Assembly: GCF_006345805.1 (NCBI RefSeq)
Contig: NC_043002.1
Location: forward strand, 94,550,001-94,614,000
Origin: Octopus sinensis
Taxonomy: Eukaryota
Direction: 5' to 3'
Length of the DNA: 64,000 bases
Below, piece by piece: positions 27,491 through 40,670 of this stretch. The translations under genes and the position numbers were made by a program. Positions within the stretch are counted from its first letter, which is position 1; each line of letters starts with the position of its first letter. The notes below the pieces were generated by a model. That model did not search any database. It saw only the letters and a program-made list of their open reading frames with translations, and was not told the DNA's origin.

Positions 27491-27494
<4 letters not shown>
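27240..27494 (-). mobile_element. tRNA-derived SINE with V-domain-like core
   Basis: Reverse complement of 37586-37836; core gatggactgg..tcccgtccagc resembles the V-SINE domain. Confidence 0.75.
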
Positions 27495-27541
<47 letters not shown>

Positions 27542-27548
27542 TATATAT

Positions 27549-27582
<34 letters not shown>

Positions 27583-27961
27583 ATCAATACAAACCTTTTG
27601 GGTTTTTAATTGTTAGCGAGCCACTCATACTATAATGTGCTTAATATATATTAATCTATCATTGTAATATCTTTTTGTATTGATAATATACACTCTAACC
27701 GTTTGAATTCTGGCGCTTGCTCATCAACAGTTTTCTATTTTCACTAACTATTACGAAGGAAACTATCTCTTTTAACCCTTAGTAGTTGGTAGATGCTTCT
27801 GAAGAGAAACAAGACCTCATTGGTTAAATGAAATCAAGCGTTTTAGCGTGCTGTGCCCGTTTCCGGTAAATATAATGAGGTTAGTGGTTTTTGTGGCTTT
27901 CAAAGTTAATTTTGACTCTTATTTTTAGCAATCGCTGGTGCTATTTTGCAACCTTTATTTA

Positions 27962-28009
<48 letters not shown>

Positions 28010-28623
28010 CGTGTGTGTGTGTCTGTGAGTCTCTGTCCTCTACTGCCGCCTGACAACCTATGTTGGTTTGTTTACCTCCCCATAACTTCGGCAAAAGGGG
28101 CCGAAATAATATGTACGAAGCTTTAAAAAAATAAGTCATGGTGTCGATTTGTTTGACTAAAATCCCTTCAAAGTGGTGCCCCAATATGGCCGTAGTCAAG
28201 TGACTAAAACAAGTAAAAGATAGAAAGATGAAGCATAACTTTTGTGGTGGACACTATACCAGAAACATTTCGAGAGTTAGGAGGTGATGTGGAACCAATT
28301 AACTTGGCCTTAATATATAACTGGTATCTATGTTCTCGACCGTGCAGTCAATGAAAGTCAACTTCGACAAAATTTGAACTCTGCCAACCAAACTAATATC
28401 ATTAAACAATACCCATCTGCCAGAAATAGCAGCCAAATCTCTTTCCCACTAAATCCAACAATATATATTTTTTTTTAATTGGACAGTTAACGATGAAAAT
28501 TGGGCAATCTTCTCTCACTCACCATTGTGACAGTTCCCTCACTCCATTACCTGTTTGAAATTTTCGTAACACTACCTTCATTGTGACAGTCTCCTAAAAC
28601 TACCACTCTTATATCAGTCTCCT

Positions 28624-28940
28624 GCGAAGGTGCGTGGTTTAATGGTTAGTGAATTCGGTTTACGATTGTAAGATCGTGAGTTCTATTCCTGGCAATGCGT
28701 TGTGTCCTTGAGCAAGACACTTTATTTTACGTTGTTCCAGTCCACTCATCTGAAGAAATGAGTTGTATCTGTTTTTTAAAAGGCTGGCCGTGTCACATTG
28801 CGTCACACTGAATCTCCCTGAGAACTGCGTTAAGGGTACGCATGTCTGTGCAGTGCTCACCCATTTGCACGCTAGGTTCATGAGCAGACTGTTTCGTTGA
28901 TCAGATCAACTGAAACACTCGTCGTTGTAACCGACGGCGT
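28624..28940 (+). mobile_element. tRNA-derived SINE
   Basis: Same body and tail as the 4605-4986 copy. Confidence 0.75.
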
Positions 28941-29964
28941 GCCAGTTGTGCCAGTCACCCAGCACTATTACTGTTGTAACACTCTCCCAGAACTATCACC
29001 AATGTCACAGTCTTTCCGTACAGCCTCCCACATGACAGTCTCTTTAAATTATCATTGTTGTAAGAGTTTCCTCAGACTACCACCATTAAAGATGCCAAGT
29101 TTAAACATTAAAAATATACTTGTGAGAAATTTCAAAAGTCATATAAGGAGAAATAAACAATTTATTCATCTTCAATTGGGGTAGAAAGCATGAAATGAAA
29201 GACAAATTTACATTAGGAACAGTTTACAGATAAACAAAAAAAATGAAGGAAAAAAATCACTTTTGAGTCACATTTAAAGCGTAAAATCTAGAATAGTAAC
29301 ATAAAGATAAGGATAAAAATTTAGAGTAAAATAATTGGTCAGTTGTATTGAATGCAATATTTGACTAGTTCTTATCTTATTGACATCCGTAAGGAAAATT
29401 GACAAAACCGTTTTGTCCGGCGCACCACTGATTCTGCCAGTCCGTAAGAATAATGTATTTTAATAGTGGTACAAGGCTCCTGTCATTTCAGATGAGGGCA
29501 TAGATAATTAAAGCAATCCCAACAATTCATTAGTGTTTTGTGTTATCGATAGTCACAGCGAGTGGATGAAAAGTATAGTTGACTAAAATAATAATTTACT
29601 TAGCATTAATACAAAAATTTATGAAGAAAAAATCAATGAGAAGCGTTAGCAGTGTATTTGAAATTAGATGCAAACAAAAATTCAAATAATTCCTTTAAGT
29701 TGTCACTCAGTGAACAGACTGTGTCTTTGCTACCCATGTGCAAGAGACAGCTATTGAATACATGATAGGAAGTATCGATTTTGCCATATCTATGTAGAAG
29801 ATATCACCTGTAAGATCAGAAGCTGCCCGAACATTTCAACAAGATACTACCTCTCATGAGGTAATAAATCATCACCAAGACAGTTTGCAATGCTATGCAT
29901 AAAATGATTGTCTTGTCGGTCATGCCAAAGGCACACTAAAACCCCCTGGCGGAACTTTCCAATA

Positions 29965-30315
29965 AAAAGAACAACCCAGTGTCAACACAACAGGATAGAT
30001 ATGATTATATAGCGTGGGGAGTGAAAATCGTGCTTTTTCGTAGAAATTACATGTTAAGCAAATGTTAATGTCCCTTCAAAAATTGGGAAAAAATAATAAC
30101 ATCTATGGAAAAATTATGAGAAAATTTGAGCTAGAAATCCAGGCTAGAAATTAATTTCTATTACCATAGGTGCATTGGGCTTCATAACAACAGTTCTGCA
30201 TAGGAACTTTAAAATGCCTAACTTCCCCGAAAGCGAACAGAGCAGACTGATTCAGATTTTTCATATACAACCGATCTTAGTTACAGTGAAATTTTGCAAA
30301 AGCATTTAAAAGATT
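29965..30315 (+). mobile_element. Decayed RLE-domain non-LTR retrotransposon fragment
   Basis: Broken frames read HNRIDMII, FVEITC.ANVN and PITIGALGFIT-like segments, then NFPESE..RLI. Confidence 0.5.
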
Positions 30316-30802
30316 CTACGTTTGAATTTCCTGGATAAGCATATGCACACAATCACATATGCATATTGGATACAGAAACACACAGATACGTGTTCTGTTG
30401 TGACACGCACACCCACAAGTGCAAGTATGTTCTCGCACAAACACAAACGCTCAACACGCATGCATATATCCATACATCAAAAGTTCAGATAGCTACAAGC
30501 CCCAAAGCATGCCTTGACTAAATCAAAAGAGCCTTACCCCTTCGCAAATGACCAACTTGAATACTGCAAAGGAAAATGTTAAAACATATCCCAAACAAAA
30601 CATATTTACATGCATGCAAGCATATATACATACATAAATACATACATACATACATACAGCCTTCACTTGCAATGAAGTATGACCAGATATCATGCTTTTG
30701 TTAATTCATTTAGTTGCCCTACATACGTACGATATGACACAGACAGGGCTATGTCAACCCTTAACCAAGTGGGACAACATTGCAAGTATTATACACACCC
30801 CG

Positions 30803-30835
<33 letters not shown>

Positions 30836-30880
30836 ATACATATATGTCTCTTTCTTTTGTTATCTTACCGTTTTTACCAT

Positions 30881-30953
<73 letters not shown>

Positions 30954-31020
30954 CGTACGTATATGTATGTATGTATATATATACACGCATATATATATAC
31001 TTACATACATACATACACAA

Positions 31021-31071
<51 letters not shown>

Positions 31072-32221
31072 ATCCATTTAATTAAATTGAGAGAACAGTT
31101 AAAAGCCAACCTGTGTGTGTATAAAAAATTCTAATTCATTCAACTACATCTTTCTCATACTTATCATATCACTAACTATAAAAATATATCATAACCAAAA
31201 AAAAAAATATTTACTTAAATCGTATATATTATCATATCAATAACTGTATACGTAAATATCTTCCAACAACTTATAAAATATTGATCAAATTTTGAAAAAA
31301 TAATCTTCACAGGCCTGAATGAAGAAAATTGGCTGATGAAAAGCTTAAGGAATCGATTGGCAAATTATACTGCTAGTTAAATATAAATGGATTTCTTTTT
31401 TGTTTTCTTTTCTGGTGATGATTTTGAACGACGATCGGAGAATCAAGTTAGTTTTCCAAAAGTATGTGTATATTTTGGGTATCGAATATCTCCAAAAACT
31501 CTGGATGACTAAGAAATATAGGAAATATTTTTCAGGAAGAAATTCGATAAATCATTGAAACTGAAGTGAATAGTTTTTTGAAGAATGCCAAATGTAATTC
31601 TTAACTTCTTTCTTTTGAATAATTCGAAATGAAATCATATTAAAAGACATAAGAACTCACTAACATACACCCACATATACACGTACAAAAATGCACGCAC
31701 ACACACGCACACACACACGCACACAAATGCATGCAAACAGAGACTTATACATGCGCCTATACGCCAGGTACACACTATTTATATGTAAATGTATACTCAC
31801 AAACATACACAAACGCACACTATACAAACACTCACACAAACTAAGACATCCATGCTAATTTGTTTATCTTCATCTAGTGATGATCATCTTAATTTATGGA
31901 GCCTTTTATGAGTATGCATCTTCCATCGACATGCACACGATGTGTAGTTTCGGACACAAACTTTAACGTGTCCTGTTGCTGAGGTTATGTGTACGCTCAG
32001 CATACGTGCCTCTTTTCTCACTTTACTTGATAATGTTATGAGTACATCTTCGACCCTCATCTCCAACAGTAAAACTCAGGATGTGACGCTCTTGAACTTC
32101 TTTACAAAATTATTTTCAGCTTACCTTAGAGCTTTTTCTTTCATTCTCCAGCTTGATGATAACCACAGCATAGTCGGCATTAGAAAATCACATGAAGGAA
32201 ATTCTGAGTTAGACATGCGCT

Positions 32222-32990
32222 TGCTTCTTCTTCTTCTTCTTCTTACAGCATTCACCCGGGGTGGGTTGAGCTGGCTTCATTCATCCTCATTGCTGCATCT
32301 CTCACAAACGCCGACCAGGCCTGGCGATTTGAGGCTAACGACCGCGAGATCTCCAACCACTAATTATTCCAGCGGCGAACGCCGTAGATATGGGGGCCTA
32401 GGTTGGGTTCCAGATCAGCCTTGACTGTCATCAGCCAGGTTTTTCGTTGTCCACCACATCGCTTTCGCCAACCCTGAAGGGGAGCTGGGGCAATTGCTTT
32501 GTAGATAAATTCTCCTGGTTGTTCTGACACCCAGTGGTATCAGGGCCGCACCTGGCTAACGGGGCTCTGGTGAACAGAAGTGTCTGATCCAGCAACTGGC
32601 GGCTTCAACCTGTCCTGTCCCTGCATCTGTGGAAAATCTATGGCAGACAAAACGTTCTCCCAACAGGGATATACTTGCGGTTGGGGACCGCTAGCGAACT
32701 TCCTATTCCCAAGATCCTTCAAATATTCCTCATGTATATCATTAGACATGCGCACTACATACTGAACCATATCATCAAATCTGGACTTGGTGTTACATGA
32801 TTTCAATGTGCATAGTTCTTTCTTACCATGTATTCGAAAGATCCAACCTACAGTATTGCGGTCCAGGTCACGCACCCACTAGGCAATTTTCACTCTCCTG
32901 AATGGAAATACAAACTGCGCGACAGGCCAGTATTTCGGTATGGAGGCTCAAATGATTGATTATAAAGACTATCATTCTGATCTTATTAAT
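32222..32990 (-). mobile_element. RTE-clade LINE 3' fragments (two joined pieces) with (AAG)n tail
   Basis: Minus frames GWRKRCGGQRKTWLMTVKADLEPNLGPHIYGVRRWN and VVRMSNDIHEEYLKDLGNRKFASG; (CTT)n at 32222-32245. Confidence 0.75.
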
Positions 32991-33332
32991 GGATACAGAA
33001 GGTTTTTTGAAGCAGTTTAAAATTCCCTTGTCCAATGTGAAGTCGTTGAAGATGCCACTACTTCAGTATCGGAATTGAGAAATGTGACTAGTTGTCGCTG
33101 GTGTACTGAGAAAGAACCGGAGAGAGAGAGGATGGTGCAGCTTGCCATTGGAATATGATCTTAGTTTTCTGAATGTTACCTGTTATACGCTGTATCGGCT
33201 ATTGAGATAAATCAAGGGTTTCCAGAGCATGATCTGATCCCACGTCCCTCTGATGAAGTCGCTTTGTGCAAAGGTAACGACACTCCTTCAAAATCCTATT
33301 GGAATTTCGTCCGAGCCATAAAAAATCTAGAC

Positions 33333-33459
33333 AAGCGCAGGAGTGGCTGTGTGGTAAGTAGCTTGCTAACCAGCCACATGGTTCCGGGTTCAGTCCCACT
33401 GCGTGGCATCTTGGGCAAGTGCCTTCTGCTATAGCCTCGAGCCGAAGAAGCCTGTCGTA

Positions 33460-33520
<61 letters not shown>

Positions 33521-33733
33521 TGTGTGTGTGTGTGTGTTTGTCCCCCTAGCATTGCTTGACAACCGATGCTGGTGTGTTTACGTCTCCGTCACTTAGCGGT
33601 TCGGCAAAAGAGACCGATAGAATAAGTACTGGGCTAACAAAGAATAAGTCCCGGTGTCGATTTACTCGACTAAAGGCGGTGCTCTAGCATGGCCGCAGTC
33701 AAATGACTGAAACAAGTAAAAGAATAAAAGAGT
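33333..33733 (+). mobile_element. tRNA/CORE-type SINE
   Basis: Near-identical to 23699-24100. Confidence 0.85.
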
Positions 33734-33779
33734 AAGCCACCGATTTTTCCGGACTTAGTACTGCCAACAGAACGCCAAA

Positions 33780-34290
33780 AGGAGAAAATCTAGATCGGAT
33801 GATGTCCATCAGGGATTTTGAATGAGTATGGTTATCTTTGCGCAAGAGCTCTTCGTCATTAAGACACAGAAGCGTAAAAAAGAACTCTGCTGCTGAAACC
33901 CCCCAGAAATATATACCTAAACTTAGTAATCAAAAGTAGAGATATGGCATTTTGGGAGGAAGGTTCTGGGCAATGTCTTGCTCAAAAGACTGGCTCATCA
34001 AATATCAGAACGCATCACACCAGACCTACAGCGTGGCTTTCGCGAAGAACAAGACTAGATCATCTTTGTTACAGGCCTGCTGCATTAAGGGATCAACATC
34101 AGGTTCACTTCATTGCGTTTGTAGATCTGTCAAAATCCTTTGACGATGCAAACGGAACTTTCATGAGATGCCTGCCTAAATTTCTGAATCTTCTGTGTCA
34201 ACTCACGCAGGGATGACGGCCCGAATTTTTGTTGGAGGGCAGGAGTCTTTGCTATTCAGTGTAAAAGCAGGCGAGGTAAGGTTGCTTTAT
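33780..34290 (+). mobile_element. Decayed RTE-like reverse transcriptase fragment
   Basis: HFIAFVDLSKSFD in ORF 33944-34216. Confidence 0.65.
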
Positions 34291-34544
34291 ATATATTTCC
34301 CATCTGCACGACCACGCCGTTGCCCAGATGAATGGAAACCTCTAATTACCATTTAGGTAATTAGAGCTTCCAAAATACAAGCTATTAATTCGTATGAGGT
34401 ATTAATTCTGTGTAAACAGAACACTGTGGATCAATTATTTTCGTAAATCTGAAGTGGTGACCTACAGGCTTCTAATTTTGAAAAGTTTCTTGTCAAGTTC
34501 GACCTTAACAGTAACGTTTAAGTATTTCTAATGTTTGCAACATA

Positions 34545-34814
34545 TGTATATACATACATACATACATACATACATGTTCATACATACATACACACTCACA
34601 TACATACATACATACACACATACATACATACACACATACACACATACACACACACACATACATACAGACATACATACACACACATACATTCATACATATA
34701 TATACACACACACGTACATACATACATACACACATACATACATACATACCTACACACATACACGCATACATACACACACCCATACATACATACATACATA
34801 CATACATACATACA

Positions 34815-34845
<31 letters not shown>
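34545..34845. repeat. (TACA)n-type microsatellite
   Basis: Direct reading; flanks the end of a PLE pseudo-LTR. Confidence 0.9.
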
Positions 34846-34883
34846 CTATCTGTGTGTGTAATTCTTAATCAAGAATATTGTTG

Positions 34884-34928
34884 ACAGCGACTTCGAAGTT
34901 TCGGATAGTTAAGTCATCGTCGGACTGT
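34884..34928 (-). ncRNA. Type I hammerhead variant with CCGACGA core
   Basis: Minus strand reads acagt-CCGACGA-tgacttaactatcc-GAAA-CTTCGAAG-TC-gctgt: palindromic stem III, GUC triplet, weak stem II. Confidence 0.55.
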
Positions 34929-36409
34929 GATGCACTGAAGATAGTCTTTGTCGAGTTAAAATCTCCTTTGGATGTATGGTTTTCATTGGAGTGGTAAATA
35001 GGTTTTTGCGTGGGTTGTTATGGAGAGATATTTTGAAAAAAGGTTTATTGATCAAATTTGGGGTTATGTCATTGTGTATGTATGTTGCATATACATACAC
35101 AGATATACATATGATAATGTAATTATTGTATACAGTGCTCAGTTGCACCACAACTTGTCAGAAAGTGCGTATAAAGTGTATGCTGTAATGTACAAATGTC
35201 TGGAAAGCGAACAGTGTATGAGTCAGATACATGCTTGCGTGTGTATGGAGGGGAGAGAATCAGGTGTAGTGTATACATATATAGTGGTACATACACACAA
35301 GCGTGTATCAATTCAAATTATTTAGCTATACTTATACATATATAGACTCTTTGTCAAAAATATATATTTATTAACTAAATGCTATCAGAAAAGATAAGTT
35401 GTTACGGTTACGTTATGGGGTGTTTAATATTTAGAATTGTTCGGTTAAGGGTTAAGATGTCAAAAAAAAAAGGTTGAACGAGGGGGTGAAGGGGAAAAAC
35501 AAACTATAATATGATGAAATAAAAAGTAGTAGAGTATGTGGGAGCATGTATTGGGGTATATGTTATAAGGTAGTATAATATGCTTGTAATTATCATTTAT
35601 TCGCTATACAAATATGTAAATTGGAGATTATTTCAGTATAAGAATGAATAGCATATTATGTAATATGAAGAAAAACAGATTATCTATATTTATGTATTCT
35701 GGTCGATTCATTGCTAAAGTAGATTGGAACTATTTAGTTGCTAAACCGAGTATTGATACTTAAATTTAAAGTTAACTAAACGAATATGAATTATACAATA
35801 ATTTACTTTACTCTGGAAAAGTATGAAAGAAATAACGGATATGCAATAAATGTATAGGTAAGGGAATATTATTTATATATATTAAGAAAGAAATAGGATT
35901 GAATAATTCTTGGAATAAAACGATATACATAACTTATTATGCATGTGTTAGAAATAAATTTAAGAAATAAGTATATTTAGGCAAGATAACAACTTATCTT
36001 TTCTGATAGTATTTAGTTACCAAATTTATATTTTTGACAAAGAGTCTATATATGTATAAGTATAGCTATATAATTTGTGTTGATACACGCTTGTGCGTAT
36101 GTACCAGTATATATTTATATATTTGTATATCTGTGTATGTATATGCAACATACATACACAATAACATAACCCCAAATTTTATCAATAAACCTTTTTCCAA
36201 AATATCTCTCCATAACAACCCACGCAAAAGCCTAATGTATAAAATTGTAGAAATAAATTTTGGTTCTAATAAAGATCTAATTAGTTCAGTTTCAAATTGA
36301 GTAAAATATTAATGGTTAATAATGAACCTAACAATAGGTGATATTAATAATTACAGAATTATTAATGATATTTTTTCAAATAGATATTTTGGAGTGTATA
36401 GGTATGGGG

Positions 36410-36786
36410 AGAACTTTTCAACTATCGCGTTTAATAATTTATTTCTAGAAAAAAGAACATTATCGCGTTCCGATGTGCAGAGTTAACAATTTATTTCTGG
36501 TGGATGGGTGGTAAGATTTTGAAGAAAATATAATCTTCCATCTAATTTTAAAACTGATATTACTGTCTTTTAATTTCCAGACGAATTTACTAAGGTTAGA
36601 CGAAGAACTTTTACCAAAGTTCTTAAAAGTATATTCGTGGTTAACCAGACGGATTTTCATATAAGATTTCGTCGAACCAATATAGAAAAAGTGTTTATCT
36701 TCAGCTTCGATTATAGCTTGGTATACTAAATTCTTCCGTTTGCAATAATTATTTAATTTACATTGTTCTTTAACCCTGCAATCGCA
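36410..36786 (-). pseudogene. PLE GIY-YIG endonuclease domain
   Basis: CDCRVKEQCKLNNYCKRKNLVYQAIIEAEDKHFFYIGSTKSYMKIRLVNHEYTFKN..LSKFVWKLK, then a frameshift near the C.LC..E motif. Confidence 0.88.
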
Positions 36787-37215
36787 AAACTTACTCAGAT
36801 TATCACAAGAATTTACAAGTAAGTTATGGACAGTAATCTCCCCTTAATTGTTTTTATTCGGATATCGTGACTCTGGTATAAGTGGTACATTATTTCTTTT
36901 TTATTATTATTCTGGGAAAGAATAGGCTTCCGTTTAACATAGAAATTATCTAATTTAGCAGAATTCATAGAAGGTATACATCTAAACTAATTACGTGAAA
37001 CGGAATGACCATATCTGAAATGTCAACTCTGAATTATGTCACTATATTTGGTTATATTACGAGAGAAGTCTTTGTTTATTATTATTCGACGCATAACTCT
37101 AATTAAGTTTGTTTTTTTACTTACTTAGCGAAGAGCAATATCAGCTAAATAATATTCTCCTTTATTTCATTACTACCAGAAGTTAGATTATGATTTTGCT
37201 ATAGTAGATTCTGTA

Positions 37216-37529
37216 GGTACTATTTAAGAAGAGTGGTCCCGGTGCGCGCACTCGCGTACATGCGCATCCGCGCTAGCTAGTCGTGACTAGGCGATCCTTA
37301 CTTTGTATTTTTGTGTTTTATCTACGTTGTTTGAAAAATTATTTATTTTGTGTTTTTGTGTTTTATTTACTTTGTTTAAAAAAATATTCATTTTGTGTTT
37401 AAAAAATTATTTATTTTGTGTTTTTACTTTGCTAGGTAGTCGTTTTAGGATCGACTAGTCACGACTAGCTAGCGCGGATGCGCGAGTACGTGAGTGCGCG
37501 CACCGGGACCACTCTTCTTAAATAGTACC
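37216..37529. mobile_element. MITE with ~82-bp GC-rich TIRs and 9-bp TSD (Mutator- or Merlin-like)
   Basis: GGTACTATTTAAGAAGAGTGGTCCCGG...CCGGGACCACTCTTCTTAAATAGTACC; flanks gattctgta / gattttgta (1 mismatch). Confidence 0.85.
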
Positions 37530-37585
37530 GATTTTGTATAAGATATATAACTTTTATTTCATTTTATATTGTAAATAGTGCTACA

Positions 37586-37836
37586 GTTGTGGAGGCGCGT
37601 GGCTTAGTGGTTACGGTGTCAGCATCATGATCGTAAGATTGTGGTTTCGATTCCTGGACCGGGCGACGCGTTGTGTTCTTGAGCAAAACACTTCATTTCA
37701 CGTTGCTCCAGTCTACTCAGATGGCAAAAATGAGTAATGCTGCGATGGACTGGTATCCCGTCCAGCTAGAGAATACATGCGCCATAGAAACCGGAAAACC
37801 GGGCCCGTGAGCCTGGCTAGGCTTTAAAAGGGCGCA
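37586..37836 (+). mobile_element. tRNA-derived SINE with V-domain-like core
   Basis: A-box TGGCTTAGTGG, B-box GGTTTCGATTCC, core gcgatggactgg.atcccgtccagc. Confidence 0.8.
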
Positions 37837-37973
37837 AAAAAGTGCTACAGTTACCATTATTATTGTATGGACTCATGTTCTTATTGACCTTGACGGAGGC
37901 TGATATAGCACTTATATTTTTCTGATTCTGGTCATAACTTGCTTTGGGTTTGGTATGCTTGGAGTGTAATAAA

Positions 37974-38456
37974 CTGTAAATCCTCGAGTATAGTCCTCCC
38001 TTGAGTATAATACGCAGGGGATTTTTTAGGAAGCTGTACCTCTGAAAAACCTAAACCTTGTATATAATACGCACCCCTTCTCTAACTTGAGTCAAGGAGG
38101 TCTATATAACGTTCTTGGTTTGTAAAAAATGTATACGGTTACGTCCTTCATTATTATTGTATATATAACATAATGCAAACGTGTAGCTTTTTTGTGCATT
38201 TTGTTTGCAGAAAATAAAGAAATAACAGTAATAACGTTTAATAAATGTTACTAACTGCAAGTTATGGATGATTTAAGGTATTTTCGCGCCCGACATCACA
38301 AAATGCGTCTAAATAAATATTGCCAGACAGCAAATAGAGACTCGGACATTGCTTAGAAAATAATTTTCATTTTTAACCTCGTATATAGCACGCACTAGGG
38401 ATTTTGACCTTTAAATTTTGGGAAAAAAAGTGTGGATTATACTCGAGGATTTACGG
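37974..38456. mobile_element. pogo/Tigger-type MITE
   Basis: TIRs cYgtaaatcctcgagtata / tatactcgaggatttacgg; TA on the right flank only. Confidence 0.8.
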
Positions 38457-39767
38457 TATGTGTGTTTATGTTGTCATTGTCAGTATAGGATCAGCGTTAG
38501 TCTTCAGGTCTATCTTTTTCATTTCTACTATGCTATTTGTATGTTGGTTATTTTTGTTCAGTATATCTTTATTGTGTAATCTATTAGCTGCGTTACCAGT
38601 ATTTATTATATCAATCGAAGGTTAATTATCTCCCTTATACCGAAAATATTCCTGATTACATTCCCCTGTCTAGAAATCCTTATTTCACAACGTAACGAAG
38701 ACATGACACAATATAGGTAAAGAAATTTGAAAAAAAAATACGAAAGCGGTTAATTCTCCAAAAACGATGTTACTATACGCAAAATTTTATTACATTTTTC
38801 TAATATAATGATTTAAATATATTCTTTAAGCATATAACACAAGCCTTCTTTAATTTTTTTTCACTCTATTTTATGTTTTATACATCCAGCCACGTGGTTT
38901 CACTTACAATCTCTCTCTCACACACACATACACAAACACAAACACACACACACACACACATAGAGTGCGAAGGGTAAATTGTCGCCATTTTCTATTTTTA
39001 ATTTCGTGCATACATATTGTTTGTTTTTGATTGTGTCAACTACAAAGTATAGTAGGGTCGGTTGGGCACCCGCTGTGAGAAAAAAACAGCACCATGACTC
39101 AATTCACTCTACCAGAAATTTGGAAACGACATGCGATACTGCTTGGCATTCGCGCCCGAAACTCCAATACGAACATTACAGAGTGTTTCGATGGCAATCT
39201 GAGAATAGTGCATTTCTGAGAGTGATAAAAATCAGACATCTAGTCAACATCATGGTGTCTAGGGTTATCAAGAATTCATTAAAAAAACAGTCCCAATCAC
39301 TGCTATAATCCATAACGTGCCAATTTTAAGTCATTTAACACCTTACTACTTTCATACTACCTCCATACATTCTTATTCTCCCTTCTCTTTCTTCTTCTTC
39401 TTCTTCGTCTCCTTCCTTCTCCTTCATAACTTTATCACTAATGCTGTTTAGAATAGCACCTACGCAAATTCTATAAACAAAACATTCAAAAGAAATATTT
39501 TCTTGAATTGAACAGCGACTGTTACCATCCACTGATCATTCAAAATACTACTATCATGGCACTCCCAAATTCTTCTTCTTCTTCTTCCCCTCCTTCTTCT
39601 TCTTCTTCCCTACCAAGAATTCACAACGACCTCGAACCCACAAGAGTAAACAAGAGAAACAGAGGCAGACAGAAACAAGGAAAATGCCACTTGTATTTGA
39701 ATACTATACAAATATTCTTCTAAAAAAACTTGTCTTTTAATTTTTCTAAATTTAATTATTTAATTGT

Positions 39768-39807
39768 TACAGTTGAAAAAGTCTCAATGACTGAAACCGG
39801 TACTGAT
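39768..39807 (+). ncRNA. Decayed minimal hammerhead
   Basis: cag-TTGAAAA-AGTC(tcaat)GACT-GAAA-CCG-GTA-ctg: stems intact, two core substitutions. Confidence 0.5.
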
Positions 39808-39865
39808 ATGTTTTTTATAAAATTATTTTAACATTTTCTGTCTTGACTTTTTTTCCATATATATA

Positions 39866-39908
<43 letters not shown>

Positions 39909-39910
39909 AA

Positions 39911-40555
39911 AATGAAAATAGTAATGCAATACGAGAGTATTGCTTTCCAGTAATGTATAGCTTCACTGCGTATGTACTAGTAAAGATGCGTGTGTGCAAC
40001 AAACATGAAAAAAATTGTCTTACCTCTAGGAAGAACATCTGAAAAATGAAAAACCTAGAAATGTCGTATTTATTACGTTCGCTATTTTCCAGTAAATATC
40101 GGTGCTTCGTTGGGCCATTTATTTACTTTTATATGTATAATTTTACCCTCACGGGCTATCCTTTACTGGAAAGCAATACTCTCGTATTGCATTACTATTT
40201 TCATTGAAACTTCTTCACTGTTCTCGTTCTGTTAACGTTTTGGCGTTCAGACGAGTGTACTGGCATAAATGTGGCAACATTTGAAATATTGTCGAGGTAT
40301 ATGCAGCTGATGAAGATAAATCAAATATACGTTGGCAAACGTATTTTGAAAAATCTGAAACCGGTACTGCATTATCCGTTTCTAGGTTTTTCATTTTTCA
40401 GATGTTCTTCCTAGAGGTAAGACAATTTTTTCGTGTTTGTTGCACACACGCATCTTTACTAGTACATACGCAGTGAAGCTATACATTAGCGTCGTATTTA
40501 TTACGTTCGCGCTATTTTCCAGTAAATATCGGTGCTTCGTTGTGCCATTTATTTA

Positions 40556-40564
<9 letters not shown>
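39911..40564 (+). mobile_element. Non-autonomous HHR retroelement (retrozyme/PLE-derived), 428-bp unit with 5' inversion
   Basis: Direct repeat 40063-40134 = 40491-40564; inversion 39951-40061 of 40379-40488 and 39911-39952 of 40164-40205; (TA)n on both flanks. Confidence 0.75.
40301..40372 (+). ncRNA. Canonical type I hammerhead ribozyme
   Basis: atgcag-CTGATGA(40307-13)-AGAT..[tcaaatatacgtt/aacgtattttga]..ATCT-GAAA(40357-60)-CCG-GTA-ctgcat; predicted cleavage after A40366. Confidence 0.85.
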
Positions 40565-40592
<28 letters not shown>

Positions 40593-40670
40593 TATATAGA
40601 TTGATAGAAATGTCAAGGCAACAAAAGAATGAAAGAGACCTTGATGTAAAGAAAGGAATTTATCTGTAAA

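Larger units (their letters stand above)
34884..37200 (-). mobile_element. Penelope-like element relic: pseudo-LTR with HHR, inverted partial pseudo-LTR, GIY-YIG region
   Basis: 35000-35112 and 35280-35404 are inverted at 36122-36233 and 35988-36112; GIY-YIG coding lies immediately upstream on the minus strand. Confidence 0.75.

Noticed and set aside
38457-38630. N/I-rich open frame on the minus strand
   Set aside because: Bounded by stops, no splice or homology support; possibly decayed retroelement sequence.
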